This document shows positions 41,266 to 55,421 of a stretch of DNA of 64,000 nt, in pieces. A model generated the notes under the pieces. It saw only the letters and a list, made by a program, of their open reading frames with translations. It was not told the DNA's origin and did not search any database. The stretch is from Octopus vulgaris. Taxonomy: Eukaryota. Positions within the stretch are counted from its first letter, which is position 1; each line of letters opens with the position of its first letter. Location of the stretch: assembly GCA_951406725.2 (NCBI GenBank), contig OX597826.1, positions 16,988,001 to 17,052,000 on the forward strand, in the 5' to 3' direction. The translations under genes were made by a program, and so were the position numbers.

Positions 41266-41472
41266 CTCTTTTACTCTTTTACTTGTTTCAGTCATTTGAC
41301 TGCGGCCATGCTGGAGCACCGCCTTTAGTCGAGCAAATCGACCCCGGGACTTATTCTTTGTAAGCCCAGTACTTATTCTATCGGTCTCTTTTGCCGAACC
41401 GCTAAGTGACGGGGACATAAACACACCAGCATCAGTTGTCAAGCAATGCTAGAGGGACAAACACACACACAT

Positions 41473-41540
<68 letters not shown>

Positions 41541-41695
41541 GACAGGCTTCTTTCAGTTTCCATCTACCAAATCCACTCACAAGGCATTGGTCGGCCCGGG
41601 GCTATAGCAGAAGACACTTGCCCAAGATGCCACGCAGTGGGACTGAACCCGGAACCATGTGGTTGGTTAGCATGCTACTTACCATACAGCCACTC
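41266..41695 (-). mobile_element. SINE family A, near full length
   Basis: Homology; shares diagnostic bases with the 62926 copy. Confidence 0.95.
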
Positions 41696-42116
41696 GTATA
41701 TATATATATATAGAGAGAGAGAGAGGGGGGAGAAGAGCAGTAAAACCTCAGCTACATGCCTGTTGAATGGCCGTTGTTTTTAAATGTTTTCTCCTTGGTA
41801 CAAAAACGATGTAAGGCTAACGAGATAAATAAAATCTCAATACGAAACTAGTTTCACCTTTAATGTACAAACAAATTAAATCAATTTTAAAAATTTAATT
41901 TACTACGATCTTCAGATGTATGCTCCATATTTTGTGAAAAATAATGCAGAACTATAAGATATATTTACCTTCGTTTACCTGCATCAGTTCGTAATTCAAT
42001 TTATCTCGCCCGCCTTACATCGTTTTCCTACCAAGGAGAAATGCCTTTGTTTTATTTGGTCATTCAACACGCATGGAGTTACGTCTTTTAACTGCTCTTC
42101 TTCCCCTCTCTATATC

Positions 42117-42161
<45 letters not shown>

Positions 42162-42243
42162 TGCCGCTATCGGCCCAGCGACAGATTAGAAGCGTGTTCG
42201 AATATGAACGAAGAAGCATGACTTCTCTCTCTTTTACTACATT

Positions 42244-42282
<39 letters not shown>

Positions 42283-43289
42283 TAAATACATGCGTGTGTG
42301 TGTGTGTATGTGTGTATGTATGTATGTATGTATAAAGAAATAAGTTTAAAATAATGGTAATTCCATATAATTCCTTTATATGAGCAAATTTGTCTTACGG
42401 CTGTTTCCAGTAATCATTATAGGTACATTACTGACAGGCTTACTCAATTGGTCTATAAGTTATCTAAAAGCTGCGGAGTCCTGTTGCGTATATGTCTACA
42501 CCTTCAAAGTTTGTCCGGTGATGCCAAGTTTTGATAATTAACACGAGACGATTTTAAGCAGTCAGTGCATTAAGCCGTGAGTGCAAGTAAAAGATATCAA
42601 CTTCACAGCTAAATTGAGCAAAGTATTTTATCAACCGAGTGCACTTGAGATTTAGAAAAAAGGAGGGGTGGAGACAATGTTGTAAGAGCACAATTTTAAA
42701 GTAGCGGCCTGGATTTTGTTAGTGAGTATGCAGTTTGTATGTGGAAGAAGACGTAAATCAGTTGATACTATGCAAAATATAATGCTGAGAGTACGAGAGG
42801 AGACAGAGAAAGAGAGAAAAAGAATGCGGCAAGTAAGTGACAAAGATTGTACCCGGCAATAAGTATGCTTGATCGTTTGAGTAGAAAAATAATCAAATAT
42901 ATGTGAACAAAGAAGTATATATGTGTGAGTTTATAGTTAGAAAATGTTGTAAATCAACTGTTGTAAATGTGCGTACGTCTGCCAGTTAGCTGGGTGTCAG
43001 AAAAGTTAATTGATTATTGATTTTAATGAAAGCAAACATCTTCAACTAGATAATCAATCACTTTCTGAATTAGTCGGATGATGTGGTACGAGGTATTAAA
43101 TAATTCCACAGACAGGAAGGCGGTGGTGAGACATACCATGGAAGTTCTAATAGTGAGCTACCGGTTCAACGAGTCTTTAATCCATCATGCAATATAATAA
43201 GGTGACAGCTGGAAAGTCTTCACTCATCAGTTATGGCATGGTAGCAGATAAAAGTGTTTCTTCTTTCCAGTTTGCAAAATTTCGTTTTG

Positions 43290-43600
43290 ATAACACATTA
43301 TCACAAGCATTATATCAAGAGTTTTATACGGCTTAGAACAAAAGATGCCTTTGTCGTTAGAACAGAACTTGTTTTGATCTCACAAACCTTAGATACGTAC
43401 GGGTTTGATAATAGAGTTACAACAAAAGACACCAATACCGGGGTATGAGATTTGAGAGATTGGAAGCACCTGTGCATGAAAGGAAAGTGACATGAACAGA
43501 GGTATATGGAGATTAAATACAAAGTTAATAAGGGCTTCGATTGATTACTGAGTCAATGCAGATAACCTCCAAGCCTGGGAGTGAATGTTAATATTTTGTC
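43290..43600 (+). mobile_element. Possible decayed L1/Tx1 endonuclease remnant
   Basis: RGIWRLNTKL resembles G.WKLN.SLL. Confidence 0.35.
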
Positions 43601-44503
43601 AATAGCGCAATCTCTCCTGTTTCCAAAGTTCGTAAATTCACTCCCAGTTCATCATTTACTTAGACTTTAGGACTGATATGGAACTGATACAAGCTTGGCA
43701 CGCGATTACTTTGAGTTCAGAATAAATAGGGGATAGTTACTGAGAAAGGGAAATTTATTTAACATACTAATATTGCTACTTCCTAAGTTGTTCACTGTAC
43801 GTAACTTACCGTTTGTAATACATTTGTATTACTAGCTCGGATTGTAAGCCCTAGAATAAATCTTGAAAAATGCCGAATGTGCATACATTAAGATAAAGCG
43901 GAAGGTGATGTTCTTCTATATATCGATTATAATGTACCTACAGACAAAACGTACGAATTCAAGACACACATAACGCTCCGTACAATGAAGATATAGAAAT
44001 AACACGAAGAAAACTGATTACAAAATGCGAAGTTCAACAATTGTAGCAACAGTTCCCAATATGTTTTGTAACATTATCTGGAGCTCATTCAAAATTTCAT
44101 GAAGTTACTTCTGCAAGTTGATAGACCAAATATGTGTATATATGACCTCGATAGTAATACACACACTTGATTATCATTAGTTAATGTACAACATGTTTAT
44201 ACGAATATGTCCTTGAATGTGATCTAGCAAATATTGAGGTGAAGTTAGTTATCGAAGGAAAACAAGTTGATGCCAAACTTAGTGACGATTGAATTTTTCC
44301 TTCATAATGTCACATTGCACCTAACTGTTTATGTTAATTATTATTGTATCTATTTATCCCTCAGTGAGAGACATTTGCACCGCTGGATGCTCCTGAACCA
44401 GTTGTTAAGTGTCCCACCCGTGAGGGATCGATGCTAGATGTGTCGAAACAATTATCATGATCAATAAGAATTATCGCATATTCCCTTTTCTGACTTTCAT
44501 TTC

Positions 44504-44555
<52 letters not shown>

Positions 44556-44779
44556 TCTTACGAAAGTGTGTTTGGAGTGGAAAAGAAAAAGGGGATTACG
44601 TTTGGGCATATACATTCGAACCTGAATCTATAGAATTCTCCTTAAGTTTACAAAGCTATTTTTTCATGAAAATACAATGGTTGACACCAGTGATGCTCAA
44701 CACATGGCCTGCCAAGCCGATTTGTGTGTTTTCCCACTTGACCGTCTTACGTCTTCTGTGCCACCAAAAGCCGAAAATA

Positions 44780-45494
44780 GATAAGAATTACCTACAGTAG
44801 TTTTTCTCCTTGCCCTCGGCGATATGCCTCTTTTTCTCGCAATTCTACGATAATTATAAATACTAAAATCTCGCAAGGCTAAGTTAGTTGGAGACTTTAA
44901 CGCTCTTATAGACGCACGCCTAGATAACATTGGCTCAACCGGTATGAAAAGTAACACCCGCCTCATCGATCTGCTGAAACGATTAAGGCTGGTAGGACTC
45001 AAGAATCCGATCGTTCCAATGTGGACTTGTAGTAATAACGACAGATCTCACAGGTCTTATATAGACAGGGTAGTAGTGAATACCAGAGATAGGTCCTCCT
45101 TAGTTGTCCATAATATACGGATCACAAATTAGTTACGGATATGGTACACATAGTTAAAGTCCATAAACAGAGATCTGGTTACTGGAAGTTGAACAAGTCC
45201 CTATTGACTTGCGAAACATACCGTAGCCAGATTAAGGAGTTAATCATGAAGACACTCACCGGCACCGTGTTGAATAACCGGTGGTGGGTTGCCCTCAAAA
45301 GAGCCCTTCGACTTGAATCTATTAGATTTAGCAAACAGTTAAGTCTAGAGCAGGCTAGAGTAGAAGGGTCTCTAGTTAAGACATTAGAAGAGGCGGTGAG
45401 ATTGGACTCCGTACCCCCAAGATTTGGCGGCGAGACCAGCCTTGAACCGACACCTCAATACCAAACGCATGAATCACGCGGAGATCGAAAATGA
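44780..45494 (+). mobile_element. Tx1/L1-clade LINE AP-endonuclease fragment
   Basis: LVGDFNA, WTCSN..SYIDRV, SGYWKLNKSLL, WWVALK; frameshifts. Confidence 0.85.
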
Positions 45495-46566
45495 GCGTAT
45501 GACACAGGGAGTGCAGACATGCACTCGCTCTGTTCTCCCGCAAAAAATCCCAAATTTTATTTAATTTGCTTGCGGGAAGGAGAGTTTCAACAAAGTCGTG
45601 TCTTGTCTTTGCCTCCGTAACGTGGAATAGTTGAAACAGGGACAACTTTAGATGGGGAATATTCTTTATGTTGTACGTTTCGTTTCTCTCGTTTCTATGC
45701 TCTTGTTTCTATGTTTTCGTTTCTCATTGTGTTCAACGTTCTTTTGATGTCCTGTACCCATATGTGCATGTATATATACATATATATGTAGGTGTGTACA
45801 TATATGTATGTATGTATATATGCATATATTTATATATTATTTGTATTATATTATATTTCTATATATTAAACTCCGTATAGTCCCTGATCGCTTTGGAAGC
45901 TCTAAAAAGCGGCAATCCTGTAGCAGCAATCCTGTAGAGGTACTGATTGTTTCGAAGGTTACTTTAATGCTGTACAAATTAAGGCATCCATTTAACCAGC
46001 CTTTTCTTCAGAAGCTGTACCGTCCAATCTTTGCAAATTGTTATAAAACTTTTAGATGTCGCATATATGGCTATTTACTATTGGTATATCACACCCAATA
46101 TGTCGTCGATAGACACACACACTCACTAACACACACGCACACACATATACCTAAGAGACATTCCAGTAGATATGCATTTATGAAAGAAAGTCAAGAATGA
46201 CATAGCAATTAACTGAATAGTTATTTAAACATTGGACTTAATTTTGTCTTCATTTTGAAATATAGTGCCCAACTGTAGTTCTGCTACTTTTTAATAGTTG
46301 CGCGATGTGTCTGAGCTCTTCACCTACACCTAACTGTTTCAGATATGGCGTTTAACATACTTCGTTTAGGACTTATTAACATGGAGAGAGAAGAGGAAAA
46401 AAAAGCAAGTCTCAAGAGAAATTAGAAAAACTTAAATGAAATATTGGCGGAATTCTGCTTTACGCCATATAACCCCTCAAAACTTTTTTATTCTTTGGAA
46501 TTTTCATTAAAATTTTGCAATTTTTTATTCTACACAAGGGAATTCATCCGATTATACAAAAAACAA

Positions 46567-46727
46567 GCGTAGGAGTGGCTGTGTGGTAAGTAGATTGCTT
46601 AGCAACCACATAGTTGCGGGTTTAGTTCCACTGCGTGGCACCATGGGCAAGTGTCTTCTACTATAACCTCGGGCCGACCAAAGCCTTGTGAGTGGATTTA
46701 GTAGGCGTAAACTGAAAGAAACCCGTC

Positions 46728-46764
<37 letters not shown>

Positions 46765-46965
46765 TGTGTTTGTCCCCAACATCGCTTGACAACCGATGCT
46801 GGTGTGTTTACGTCCCCATAACTTAACGGTTCGGCAAAAGCGACCGATAGCATAAGTACTAGGCTTACAAAGAATAAGTCCTGGGGTCGATTTGCTCGAC
46901 TAAAGGCGGTGCTCCAGCAAAGCCACAGTCAAATGACTGAAACAAGTAAAAGAGTAAAAGAGTAA
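46567..46965 (+). mobile_element. SINE family A, full length
   Basis: Head through tail ending in repeated gtaaaaga. Confidence 0.95.
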
Positions 46966-47025
46966 GCAAAACCTTTTCGTGCGTGATTTAAAACCTATTT
47001 AGCTGTTATTATTAGCACATCACAT

Positions 47026-47909
47026 TTTGTTTGGCATCCTTTCTGTCTCGGGAGACAATGGAGTTGCGCATTTTTTTTTTTTTTTTTTTTCCTAGGTCTA
47101 GTCCGGCTGTTATATTTTATTTCCTGTTACATTTCTTGCTGTGGCTGTGTAGTCCTATCCTGGACAAACACTCCCTCTGGCAGGTACTGCAAATGTAGCG
47201 AAGACTGTTCCTGGCTGATTGTAGTGCCATGGTCTCTTGTTTATGTCTCTTCCTTTCTTTCCATTTCTCCTCTCTCTTTCTGTCACTCCTCTGTATACCC
47301 TCTTTTACTGTACGTCGCCATTCTCCACGGTTGCCGGCGACTGCCTCCCAACCGCTAATGTTGATGTTGCAGGCCTTCATATCCCTTTTGCAAACATCCT
47401 TGTAACGCAAGATCGGTCTACCCACAGACCTAGTACCCCTAGCAAGCTCTCCGTAGAGTATGTCCTTGGGGATTCTGCCATCTTTCATACGGCTAACATG
47501 CCCAAGCCATCTCATACGTCTTTGTGTGAGGAGTGCAAACATGCTTGGTATTCCTGCTTGCCTGAGGACATCTTTGTTGGGGATATGATTCTGCCATTTG
47601 ATGTGGAGGATTTTTCGGAGGCAGCGCAGGTGAAAGATGTTTAGGCGACGCTCTTGGCGTGTGTATAGCGTCCAGGTCTCGCTTCCATACAGTAGAGTGC
47701 TGAGTACACATGCCTGGTAGATCTTCATTTTTGTGGTCTTGGTCAGCTTATTGTTGTCCCAAGCCCGTTTGGAGAGTTGGGCCATCGCAGCAGCTGCCTT
47801 GCCAATGCGTATATTGAGCTCAGCGTCAAGGGATAGGTTGTAGGTGACGGTAGAGCCCAGATAGGTAAACTTCTCCACCTCTTGTAATCTGTGGTCTCCA
47901 ATATGTATG
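47026..47909 (-). mobile_element. RTE-clade LINE, 5'-truncated, young
   Basis: Uninterrupted ORF 47117-47914 (FTYLGS, LLYGSETW, RWLGHVSRM, GRPILRYKD, CSTC..H..C); 12-bp TSD agcacatcacat at 47014-47025 and 47910-47921; 3' stem-loop tgtctcccgagaca. Confidence 0.95.
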
Positions 47910-48358
47910 AGCACATCACATACCGTATGTTTTTAAGCATTTAACAAGTGACAAAAAAACAGGTGGTAAGTGGCTTGGTAACAGCTTGGCCTGTTACTAT
48001 GGAAACAGGCGCCTATATGTCTGTGGCTTTCGTTTGACTAAAATTATCCAAAATTTGCCAACTTTAAAAGCTATTAACTCTTTATTTAATGATTTATGGC
48101 GAAAATCAATTTCATGTCAATGATTAATTTACAAAACTACATCAATACGCCAAATATGAAATCAATTGGAATAATTGAAGAAACTGAAAAGTGGCAGCTA
48201 AACAATTATTTCACGCTCTTTCTGTAAGGGACTTTAAATTCTTTCATTGCTATGTTTTTATAATTGGACTTCTTTCTCCAAAGCTATATATTAATCACTT
48301 TGATTGTCACCACGTATATTGTTATATTACTTCCGTTATATTTTGAATTATCTTAGTT

Positions 48359-48407
<49 letters not shown>

Positions 48408-48455
48408 AACGACTGAAAACGGTATAGTTTGTCTTCGCTATTATTCTACTGCTAA

Positions 48456-48670
48456 AGGCGGCAAGCTGGCAGAACCCATGCCAGGCGAAATACTGAGCAG
48501 TATTTCGCCCGTCGCTATGTTCTGAATACAAATATGACCGAAGTCGACTTCGCCTTTCATCCTTTCGGGGTCGATAAATTAAATACCTGTTACGCACTGG
48601 GGTTAATATAATCGACTAGCTTCCTCCACTAAAATTTCATGCCTTGTGCCTATAGTAGAAATGACTATTA
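48456..48670 (+). mobile_element. SINE family D (Nin/Deu-domain-like)
   Basis: ggcggcaagctggcagaa head; core gcctttcatcctttcggggtcgataaattaa recalled as Nin-domain-like. Confidence 0.8.
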
Positions 48671-48791
48671 TACTTCTGCTAAAAACACATGTTGATAATC
48701 TCAGACACATATATTTTCTTGTATCTATTTGTTTAGGAATGACTATCAGCTATATTTGTAAAGTTCATAGGTAAATATAATGCAAAAAACT

Positions 48792-49045
48792 GGCAATCCT
48801 TCGATATAACTCGACAAAACTAAAACAAACAGCTGTTTCTGTGACAACTCGACAATTCATTTCGGATATCTTCGTGAACTCCGTGACAGCTGCTGTGACC
48901 TCTGTGTGTGTGCGTTCTTGTTCTTGTCTGTGTGTGTGCCTGTTCCGTCACGGAGGTCACGAAGATATCCGAAGTGAATTGTCGAGTTGTCACGGAAACA
49001 GCCGAGTGTTTGTTTGGTTTTGTAGAGTCATATCGAAGGATTGCC
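48792..49045. mobile_element. MITE with ~95-bp TIRs (possibly Merlin-type)
   Basis: ggcaatccttcgatat..tccgtgac / gtcacgga..atatcgaaggattgcc; aaaaact duplicated on both flanks. Confidence 0.88.
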
Positions 49046-49315
49046 AAAAACTATTTTGCCAGTTCTTTTGAGTTTTTCATGGTTTATTATTTAACTTGAA
49101 ATATTTAACTTAAAATAATTGTTACTTTTACTGTAATCAGGTGCATATACGTGTGTATATATGTATGCATGTGTATATGGGTATGCATGTGTTTATACGT
49201 AAATGCACGCGCGTATGAGAGGACGTGTGTGATACCTGATACCTTTTCCCTCTGTTATTCACATCTTTCCTATCTAACGCCAGCTGTCTTTACTGTTGTC
49301 CATCTCCATGTAGAC

Positions 49316-49637
49316 CAGAGGTTCCCAAACTTTTTGGGCCCCCTCTAGCCACATACCCTCGGCGCCCCACCCCTATTTTTATGTATGAATAAATATTTAA
49401 TATTTCACTAATTTATATATACTATGAATCATTTGATATTTAATATAATATTATATAATTTGTATACAATACTATAATATTATATTATAATAAATTCATA
49501 GTGTCCCCAATCCACTGCCTTCCTCCCAACGCCTCCTTTTTCCCTACTGCCCCCCACCGCCCCTTTAGGCACCAGCGCCCACCCGGATCGTCTCAACGCC
49601 CACTGGTGGAGGCGGTAGTACTTACTTGGAGAGTCTG
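49316..49637. mobile_element. hAT MITE
   Basis: CAGAGGTTCCCAA...TTGGAGAGTCTG termini; 8-bp TSD atgtagac/atatagac. Confidence 0.8.
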
Positions 49638-49740
49638 ATATAGACCACTTTACCTTTGCCCATCCTGAAGACGTCGTGTAACGTTTACCTCATTCCCTCT
49701 GTTTCTCTCTCTCTCTCCCTGTATCTATCTACCTATCTCA

Positions 49741-49771
<31 letters not shown>

Positions 49772-50342
49772 TTCTCGCTTGCTATCTTTCTTCCTCTCCT
49801 CCGTGTTCTCTACATCTTCAAAATAGGTTACTCATTTTCATTCGCTCTTTATCAATTACTAACACTTCTCTTCTTTTCTCTGCAGTCCCTTTTGCTCTCT
49901 TCCTGTAAGTCACTTTCGGTTTAGGTGGTATTTTAAAAAATTATCTGCTTCACATTCTAGCAGTTACCCTCTTCATTTCTTTCTCTCTAAACACACGCGC
50001 GCATAATTGTATTGGGTTTTTCATTATGGAAATGATCTTGTCATAAGCATATATACATACAGACACAGGAATTCTCAAGCACTGGAAATTTGTGTATATG
50101 ATTTTCTGTGTATGTATGTGTGTATATGTGTGTGTAATTATGTGTTGGTGTGTACGTGTTTGACTGTATGTACGGGGAAGGAGAGAGCGAGGAGATGTGT
50201 ATATATATATACTCCACCTGCCTTCGTCTTTTGTTTATTTTCGTAAACTTTCCCTTTGCACATATATATATATATATATACATACATATATATATACATA
50301 CATACATACATACATGCATATATACATACATTCATACATACA

Positions 50343-50376
<34 letters not shown>

Positions 50377-50989
50377 ATTATAGACTGATTTTAAATTGGA
50401 ATCAAATATTCATACAAATAATATCCAGCTGTATGTATTTTGGTGTGTCTGTCTGAATGTTCATATATTAGTCGGACTTTTTATTTATATATATGATATA
50501 TATATACACCACAAATATATGCGTGCTTACTTATTTTTGCATGTGCAGGAAATAGGTTCTTTAAATGTGGTCTATTTTAATATGAAATGAGAGAAATAGC
50601 AAACAACTTACTAGAAATAGCTGCATTTTAATCGCATTTTCTTCAGGTGAAATCTATAAAACATATATATTTTACATCAAACTACATTCCGCTTCAAATT
50701 TGTTGCCACATTTATGAATTTGCTTCATTACCTGAATAGAGAACTGCATTCTTAATTACGTTTACCTACAAATAAGTTTATATGTACACATACGCTCACA
50801 TACATACATACATACATACATACATACATACATACATACATACATACACACACACAAACAAACACACACACTCACACACACATATATATATACATATATA
50901 TATGCACATATATATATACATATATATACATATATGTACATATATATATACATACATGCATATATATATATATATGCTTATACATATAT

Positions 50990-51032
<43 letters not shown>

Positions 51033-51040
51033 TATACATA

Positions 51041-51081
<41 letters not shown>

Positions 51082-51786
51082 GTATATATATATACATACA
51101 TATGTGTGTGTGTATATATACACACATGCACACACTCATACACACACACATACGCTACATCTGTGTGTGTGTGCGCCCGCACAAATATATTCACATATTC
51201 ACAAATATATATACATACACAAACACAGATATATATGGATGGAGAGAAAGAAAGAAAAAATGAGAAATTAAGAGCGAGAAAGATTTTGTTATACTGTACT
51301 CTAGATTACAAAGATGTATTGGTGTTTTCAAGTCTATTCTTAGATTGTTGTAAATATGTTGTGTTTATAAACAATATCTTCGTGAAAATAGGGATTAATC
51401 TGGTAAATACAGGAAAGAGATTATAGCTAAATTTAGACTTCATAAAATATGGCATTAATCTTCTGATGGGTTTTCATTAACGGCTAAATGTCATTGTTTA
51501 CAAACCTATTATTACTAAAGGGTTAAATAAACTAGATAGGTTATTTGCATTTGTATCACTTTCCGAGACGTAAATTTGTGTATTAAATCCTATAGTTTTA
51601 AGCAAAATTTACCTTCAGTGCTATACTAACTACTGTAGACATCTATAGCTATTTTATGTAGTGAGTATGTCATTAAAACAATAGATATATAAATGGTTTT
51701 GCTAAATATTATATATACTTATATTTGTACTTAACAAAAGTACAATAGACCATCACAGCTCTGAGCCCGTTGGAATTCTACTAGAC

Positions 51787-51860
51787 CAGTTTTTCTCAAT
51801 AGAAATTCATATGAACCACGTGGGTCCGTAAAATATTTTGGCGGTCCACGGTAGTAATAT
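51787..51860 (+). mobile_element. hAT MITE left end
   Basis: cagtttttctcaa..gggtccgtaaa resembles the 11506 element; preceded by tactagac. Confidence 0.45.
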
Positions 51861-52295
51861 AATAAATTAGCGAGCTACGTATTAAATAACAATTTTATCA
51901 TGAACTATCAGTAAAATCCTAAGTAGGTTTATAAAGCATATTTCCCTTCAGATTCGCCAAATATTGTTTAGATATTTGTTAACCCAAATTTACGACTAAC
52001 TGCTATAAAAGGTTCAACATTATATAAGCAGTGGTGATATAGCTTTGAATTGTGATATAGGAAGAGAACGTTTTCGGTTACTTTTGGGCAGCCCTTCGTA
52101 TGTCGAAGTGTGTGCGAGATTGATTTTCATAATGTGAAAAGGATGCCACAAATTACATTCTAAAGTTGTCCACATCCATTTACGATATCACTCAAGTGTA
52201 ACAACAAGCACTATCCTATGCACTATGCACTATGCACATAGTTAGCCTCAAGATATTAATACTAAAAAGAGAAGAAAGAAGACGAATGCGAACTA

Positions 52296-52531
52296 TTTTT
52301 TTTTTTTTTTTTTTTGTACTTGTTTCAGTCATTTGACTGCGGCCATGCTGGAGCACCGCCTTTAGAGTAGTGAAAGAGTACAGCAGGGATCACCACCATC
52401 CCCTGCCGGAGCCTCGTGGAGCTTTTAGGTGTTTTCGCTCAATAAACACACACAACGCCCGGTCTGGGAATCGAAACCGCGATCCTCCGACCGCAAGTCC
52501 GCTGCCCTAACCACTGGGCCATTGCGCCTCC
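52296..52531 (-). mobile_element. Chimeric SINE: family B head, family A tail, poly(A)
   Basis: Junction ..ctctttcactactct|aaaggcggtgctccagcatgg..gaaacaagtac(A)20. Confidence 0.9.
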
Positions 52532-52660
52532 TATGTATATATATTCATTTGATCGGCTAGAAATTGCAGCAAAATCTCCCTCATGTCGCAGTCTAGTTTC
52601 TTAAACATTGGACAGACATATCAGATGATGTAGATATTAGGATTGAATATGATAATATCA

Positions 52661-52990
52661 AGGTGTGTGGCTCAATGGTTAAAGTGTCGGGCTTACAATC
52701 ATGGGGATGAGATTTCGGTTCCCGGACCAGGCTGTGTGTTGTGTTCTTGAGCAAGGCACTTTATTTCACGTTGCTCCACTTCTTTCAGCTGTAGAAATGA
52801 GTTGTGACGTCACTAGTGCCAAGCCGTATCGGTCTTTGCCTTTCCATTGGATAACATCCGGGAAGAGGAGGCTGCTATCCATGAACAATTGCTTGTCTTC
52901 CATAAACAACCTTGCTTGGACTTGTGCCTCGGAGGGAAACTTTCAAGTGCAACCACATGGTCATTCATAACCGAAGGGAGTTTTGCCCAT
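52661..52990 (+). mobile_element. SINE family C
   Basis: tRNA-like head tggctcaatggttaaagtgtcggg; CORE-like cttgagcaaggcacttt. Confidence 0.85.
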
Positions 52991-54165
52991 TTTTATGACA
53001 AGTAACAAAGGATCGAATTTCTGTCATTATAGCTCTATCAGAGCTCACCTGGCCTAGAAATATCAATATTGAAGATTATTTTAAAAATTGCTAATCCAGG
53101 GTCTGTCATAAATACCTTAAAACTCCTGAGAAATAGGGCACACCCCTTGACACCGTGTTACGGTTATATTCTACACCATGCTACCAGGCTACATCATTTC
53201 CGTCTAATCATATTTCCGTTTGTGGAGTTGCTTCGCCTTACCTGCGAAATGTTCAAGGGAAACGATTCTAGGAACCATCTCAAACGCATACATTGATAAA
53301 AACAAAATCTCATTCTCAAAGTCGTTCTCCGTTTTTTTAAACAGTTCATACATTTCGAAGCATGTTTAGGTATTACAAGTCTTTGCAATTGGGAATGATA
53401 TGTTGAGTAAATAAGACTAATTATGTAACAACAATTACGAAACAAAGAGAACGCCTTAACCCAAATGACTAATATCATGTTAATTGCACTTTGGTAAGTA
53501 CAAAACTGAAATATTGCGAGAAGTACAGGGTTCTTTGTACTTGCCAAATTAGTGACACTAATATTGCTAATATGGACGAAAATATGCCAAAAGTTAAGTC
53601 AACAAAATAGGAAACTACCCAGAGACGCTAGCAATGGCTTCAAGTAATATTTTGTATTATACATACATACATACATACATACATACATACATACATACAT
53701 ACATACATACATACTTAGTATAATGAGTGATTGATTATTTATTTATTCGCAGCCTCAGATCACTACCAGATGAAATCAGTTTCAAAAAATCTCTGTGTTC
53801 TACTTTTCAGCTGTTATATCCTGCAATATATCCAGGAAGAAAACTGTGTTGTATACCACGCGCACATATATAGGAAAACACACCTGTATGCAAAGGTTGA
53901 TCGATAGAGAGACAAACAGAGAAAGAGAGATCATTTACACTAGGATTCTTGTCTCGGGTATCCACAGCTAAAATCGATTCGTACTATTTGCATAACAAAC
54001 TAGATTTTATACAATACGTGACTGCAAACACACACTGGAAATTTGACAATTCAGTAAATTGCTATGATCTAATTCCTCGTGCGATGTCAAAAGTCAATAT
54101 AGTGACAGCAAACCATCCGTCGGAACTTTACGTGTACCTGCTTCTCAGCTCCAACTTACTTAACA

Positions 54166-54192
54166 ATGATCTCACTGCTCAGTCAGGTTTCT
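54166..54192 (+). CDS. Candidate first coding exon (MISLLSQVS) of a small secreted protein
   Basis: aacaATG start context, donor TCT|GTGAGT, phase 0; speculative. Confidence 0.25.
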
Positions 54193-54328
54193 GTGAGTAT
54201 ATGTGCAATATTAGTGCGCGTATTCTTCAAGGATTTTGTATTTAGATATACGTACGTACATATATATTCACACATCCATACATATATACATACGCACAGA
54301 TACATACACACATATATGTATATATATG

Positions 54329-54385
<57 letters not shown>

Positions 54386-54472
54386 ATATATAATAAAATA
54401 TTAGGGAGTAACTCTAAACTTACAGGGAAAAATTAGATTTAGGATTAAATCTAATTCTATAGTATAAATATA

Positions 54473-54709
54473 TATATTAAATTAGAGATAAAACCACTAT
54501 TAGGCAAATCAAACAGTGAAAATCATAAGCCAATACATAGAAATAAAATTAATTAAAAAATATAAAAAATATAAACTATAAAATATAAAAATCCAATTGG
54601 ACTTTTATATTTTATATTTTTTATATTTTTTAATTAATTTTATTTCTATGTATTGGCTTATGATTTTCACTGATTTGCCTAATAGTGGTTTTATCTCTAA
54701 TTTAATATA
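54473..54709. repeat. ~235-bp palindrome centred on tccaattgga
   Basis: Arms tatattaaattagagataaaaccactattaggcaaatca.. / ..tgatttgcctaatagtggttttatctctaatttaatata. Confidence 0.92.
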
Positions 54710-54729
54710 ATATACCTGAGCAAAGATAC

Positions 54730-55000
54730 ATTACTGTTGCATCATTTAGCTCATTGCGGTTATGCAATAAAACAAGACAAACTGTAAAGCATCTTATGCT
54801 ACGCATCATGAAGACTACTAGTTTCATTGGATATATTAAAGATTTAGATACAGTTATAACCACAATTCCAGTCATTCCAAGAGATGTGTCCTTTAGACTT
54901 AGAAGGCTTCATCTTCCAGGAAAATTTTAGCTTTGTCATATCAATCAACGGAACACTTATACCAGTCATTAACGCTTGCTGGAATTGTTTTTATCTAACA
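54730..55000 (+). mobile_element. Helitron PIF1-like helicase C-terminal remnant
   Basis: RLCNKTRQTVKHLM..; IPVIPRDVSFRLRRLHLP..SFVISIN..QSLTLAGI, compared with LCNGTRL / RLQFP / AMTINKSQGQ. Confidence 0.75.
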
Positions 55001-55421
55001 TGCTGAAATGTTTGAATATATTCATGAGCCAATTTTACATGAAAAACATTCAGTATTCTGAGATACGGATTAGACAACTTCGTGAAATGTCGATGCTTTA
55101 ATAGACACAGATCATTGTTTGTATAGTAGTTCTAATATTCGAATCTGTGGGTTCCCTACTAATTGATTTAGTTCGAAGAGCAATTAAACTCACCTCAACT
55201 CTGCTTCGTACTAATTTCCCAGTTGTTTTAAAGATTAAAGGATTTCATGGTATGCGTCGCCCTGTCCTTGGTGGTCTACTCGACTACAGCTTCGTCGACC
55301 AGATCTTCCATGTTGGCATTGAGCTCCAATGTCAAAATTCGTAAGAGATAACTATATCCACCAAATTTAAGCGCTATCGTCGAGTAAAACTTTCAAATTC
55401 AGGCATTATCTTTAATCTTCA

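Noticed and set aside
41843-41920. Minus-strand CUGAAGA...GAAACUAGUU hammerhead-like motif
   Set aside because: Base of stem II and stem I do not pair; at best a decayed copy
43200-43235. Minus-strand CUGAUGA followed by CAGCUGUC
   Set aside because: No GAAA; reads UUUC at that position
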